Positions 63,130 to 64,000 of a DNA stretch of 64,000 bases are shown here, in pieces. This stretch comes from Dicyema japonicum (taxonomy: Eukaryota > Animalia > Dicyemida): assembly GCA_011109175.1 (NCBI GenBank), contig RDEW01000027.1, positions 860,277 through 924,276 of the forward strand, in the 5' to 3' direction. Under the pieces are notes generated by a model that saw nothing but the letters and a program-made list of their open reading frames with translations, ran no database searches and was not told where the DNA came from. A program made the translations under genes and the position numbers. How positions within the stretch are numbered: the stretch's first letter is position 1; each line of letters opens with the position of its first letter.

Positions 63130-64000
63130 ATAAGACTTTTGTCATAAGGTAGTCGCCCTTATTGCGTGGTTATTCCCTCTCAGAATTGCCAGCGAGATTC
63201 GCTCAAATAGTCAAACGCTTGTGGAGATCTCAAGTGCGTAACTATTGGGAGATGTTGCCATAACATAAAGTATTTGATTTAAACATTGTTCAGCACATCC
63301 GAATTTGACCATGACACGTGGAATTATGACTTTGGTAATGGTTCTAGAGATATGTTATAAAGTAAATCAAATGGGAAGAAGCAATGGTTACTAGAGGCAT
63401 CAAAGGAGCTATTGAGTGGGGACCGGAAGTCGTCGGATTTCCGATTCAATTGGAGTTTCTCGGACTGATCCCAGCCAATAAATGATTCGACGGACAACTC
63501 TCTTTCCATTGGAAAGTGGTAGACACTTTCCTGGGAGCCCCCTGTAGAATACCACTCCTCATCCAACCTTGCATGAAGGCAACTAAACAGGATCAGCCTC
63601 GGAAAGGGCTGAGACCTTTAAAAAATATACAAAAGTCTCGGTAGACAGTTCATTTTTGAACCGATAACTGTCGAACCATCAGCGGTCATTTAAAGCAGGT
63701 CACTAACCTTGCTGAAAAAATGGATAAACGAGAGAGGGACTGAGTCATTGAGCGTATGTCCTTAAAATCGTAAGGAAATGATTACTGTAAATAGATAAGA
63801 AAATCGAAATTTATTAAAGAAAGGACAAAACATCAATTAGCTGCCGCCTTCACTGCGTGGCAGTTCCCTCTCAGAATTGCGAGCGCGAAATTCGCTCAAA
63901 TAGCCAGCGGCGTTCGCAAAGATCTCCAGTGCATGAGGTGATCAGGTTTCCAAGACGTTCAAAAAACTCTAGTGTAGAGGGGAAGTCTCCATAGCAAGCG
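63130..64000 (-). mobile_element. Two tandem CRE-like C-terminal fragments
   Basis: ~70-bp diverged direct repeat at ~63160-63235 and ~63850-63930 encoding LFERISLAILRGN. Confidence 0.7.

Overview
AT-rich eukaryotic (animal) genomic DNA. Host genes carry very short GT-AG introns, mostly 22-31 nt, and are separated by a dense patchwork of transposon debris (roughly half the window, judged by eye). Genes I can support: an FBXO42-like F-box/kelch gene, INPP5E, WDR74, an orphan with repeated TQ-type motifs, ILRUN, VAC14, a roadblock/LC7 dynein light chain, a transposon-flanked TTC12, a ~13.3 kb SCO-spondin-like/gel-forming-mucin gene, cofilin/ADF, an innexin-like fragment and an aberrant tRNA-Ser(AGA). 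Mobile elements: one near-intact young RTE-clade LINE with a 14-bp target-site duplication (TSD), a tRNA-derived SINE family (two ~98% identical copies plus older ones), a nest of R4-like LINE > hAT > Buster hAT with an extra SINE fragment, and many CRE-like and I/Jockey-like fragments. The most striking structure is the mucin domain of the giant gene: about 22 tandem 167-bp units, each a 138-nt exon plus its own 29-nt intron. Ultra-short introns, ciliary genes and an innexin suggest a miniaturised ciliated invertebrate such as a dicyemid (inference only). Single-base homopolymer indels occur in several ORFs, so individual frameshifts may be assembly errors. All family calls come from motifs recognised by eye; no database searches were run, and coordinates of degraded fragments are approximate.
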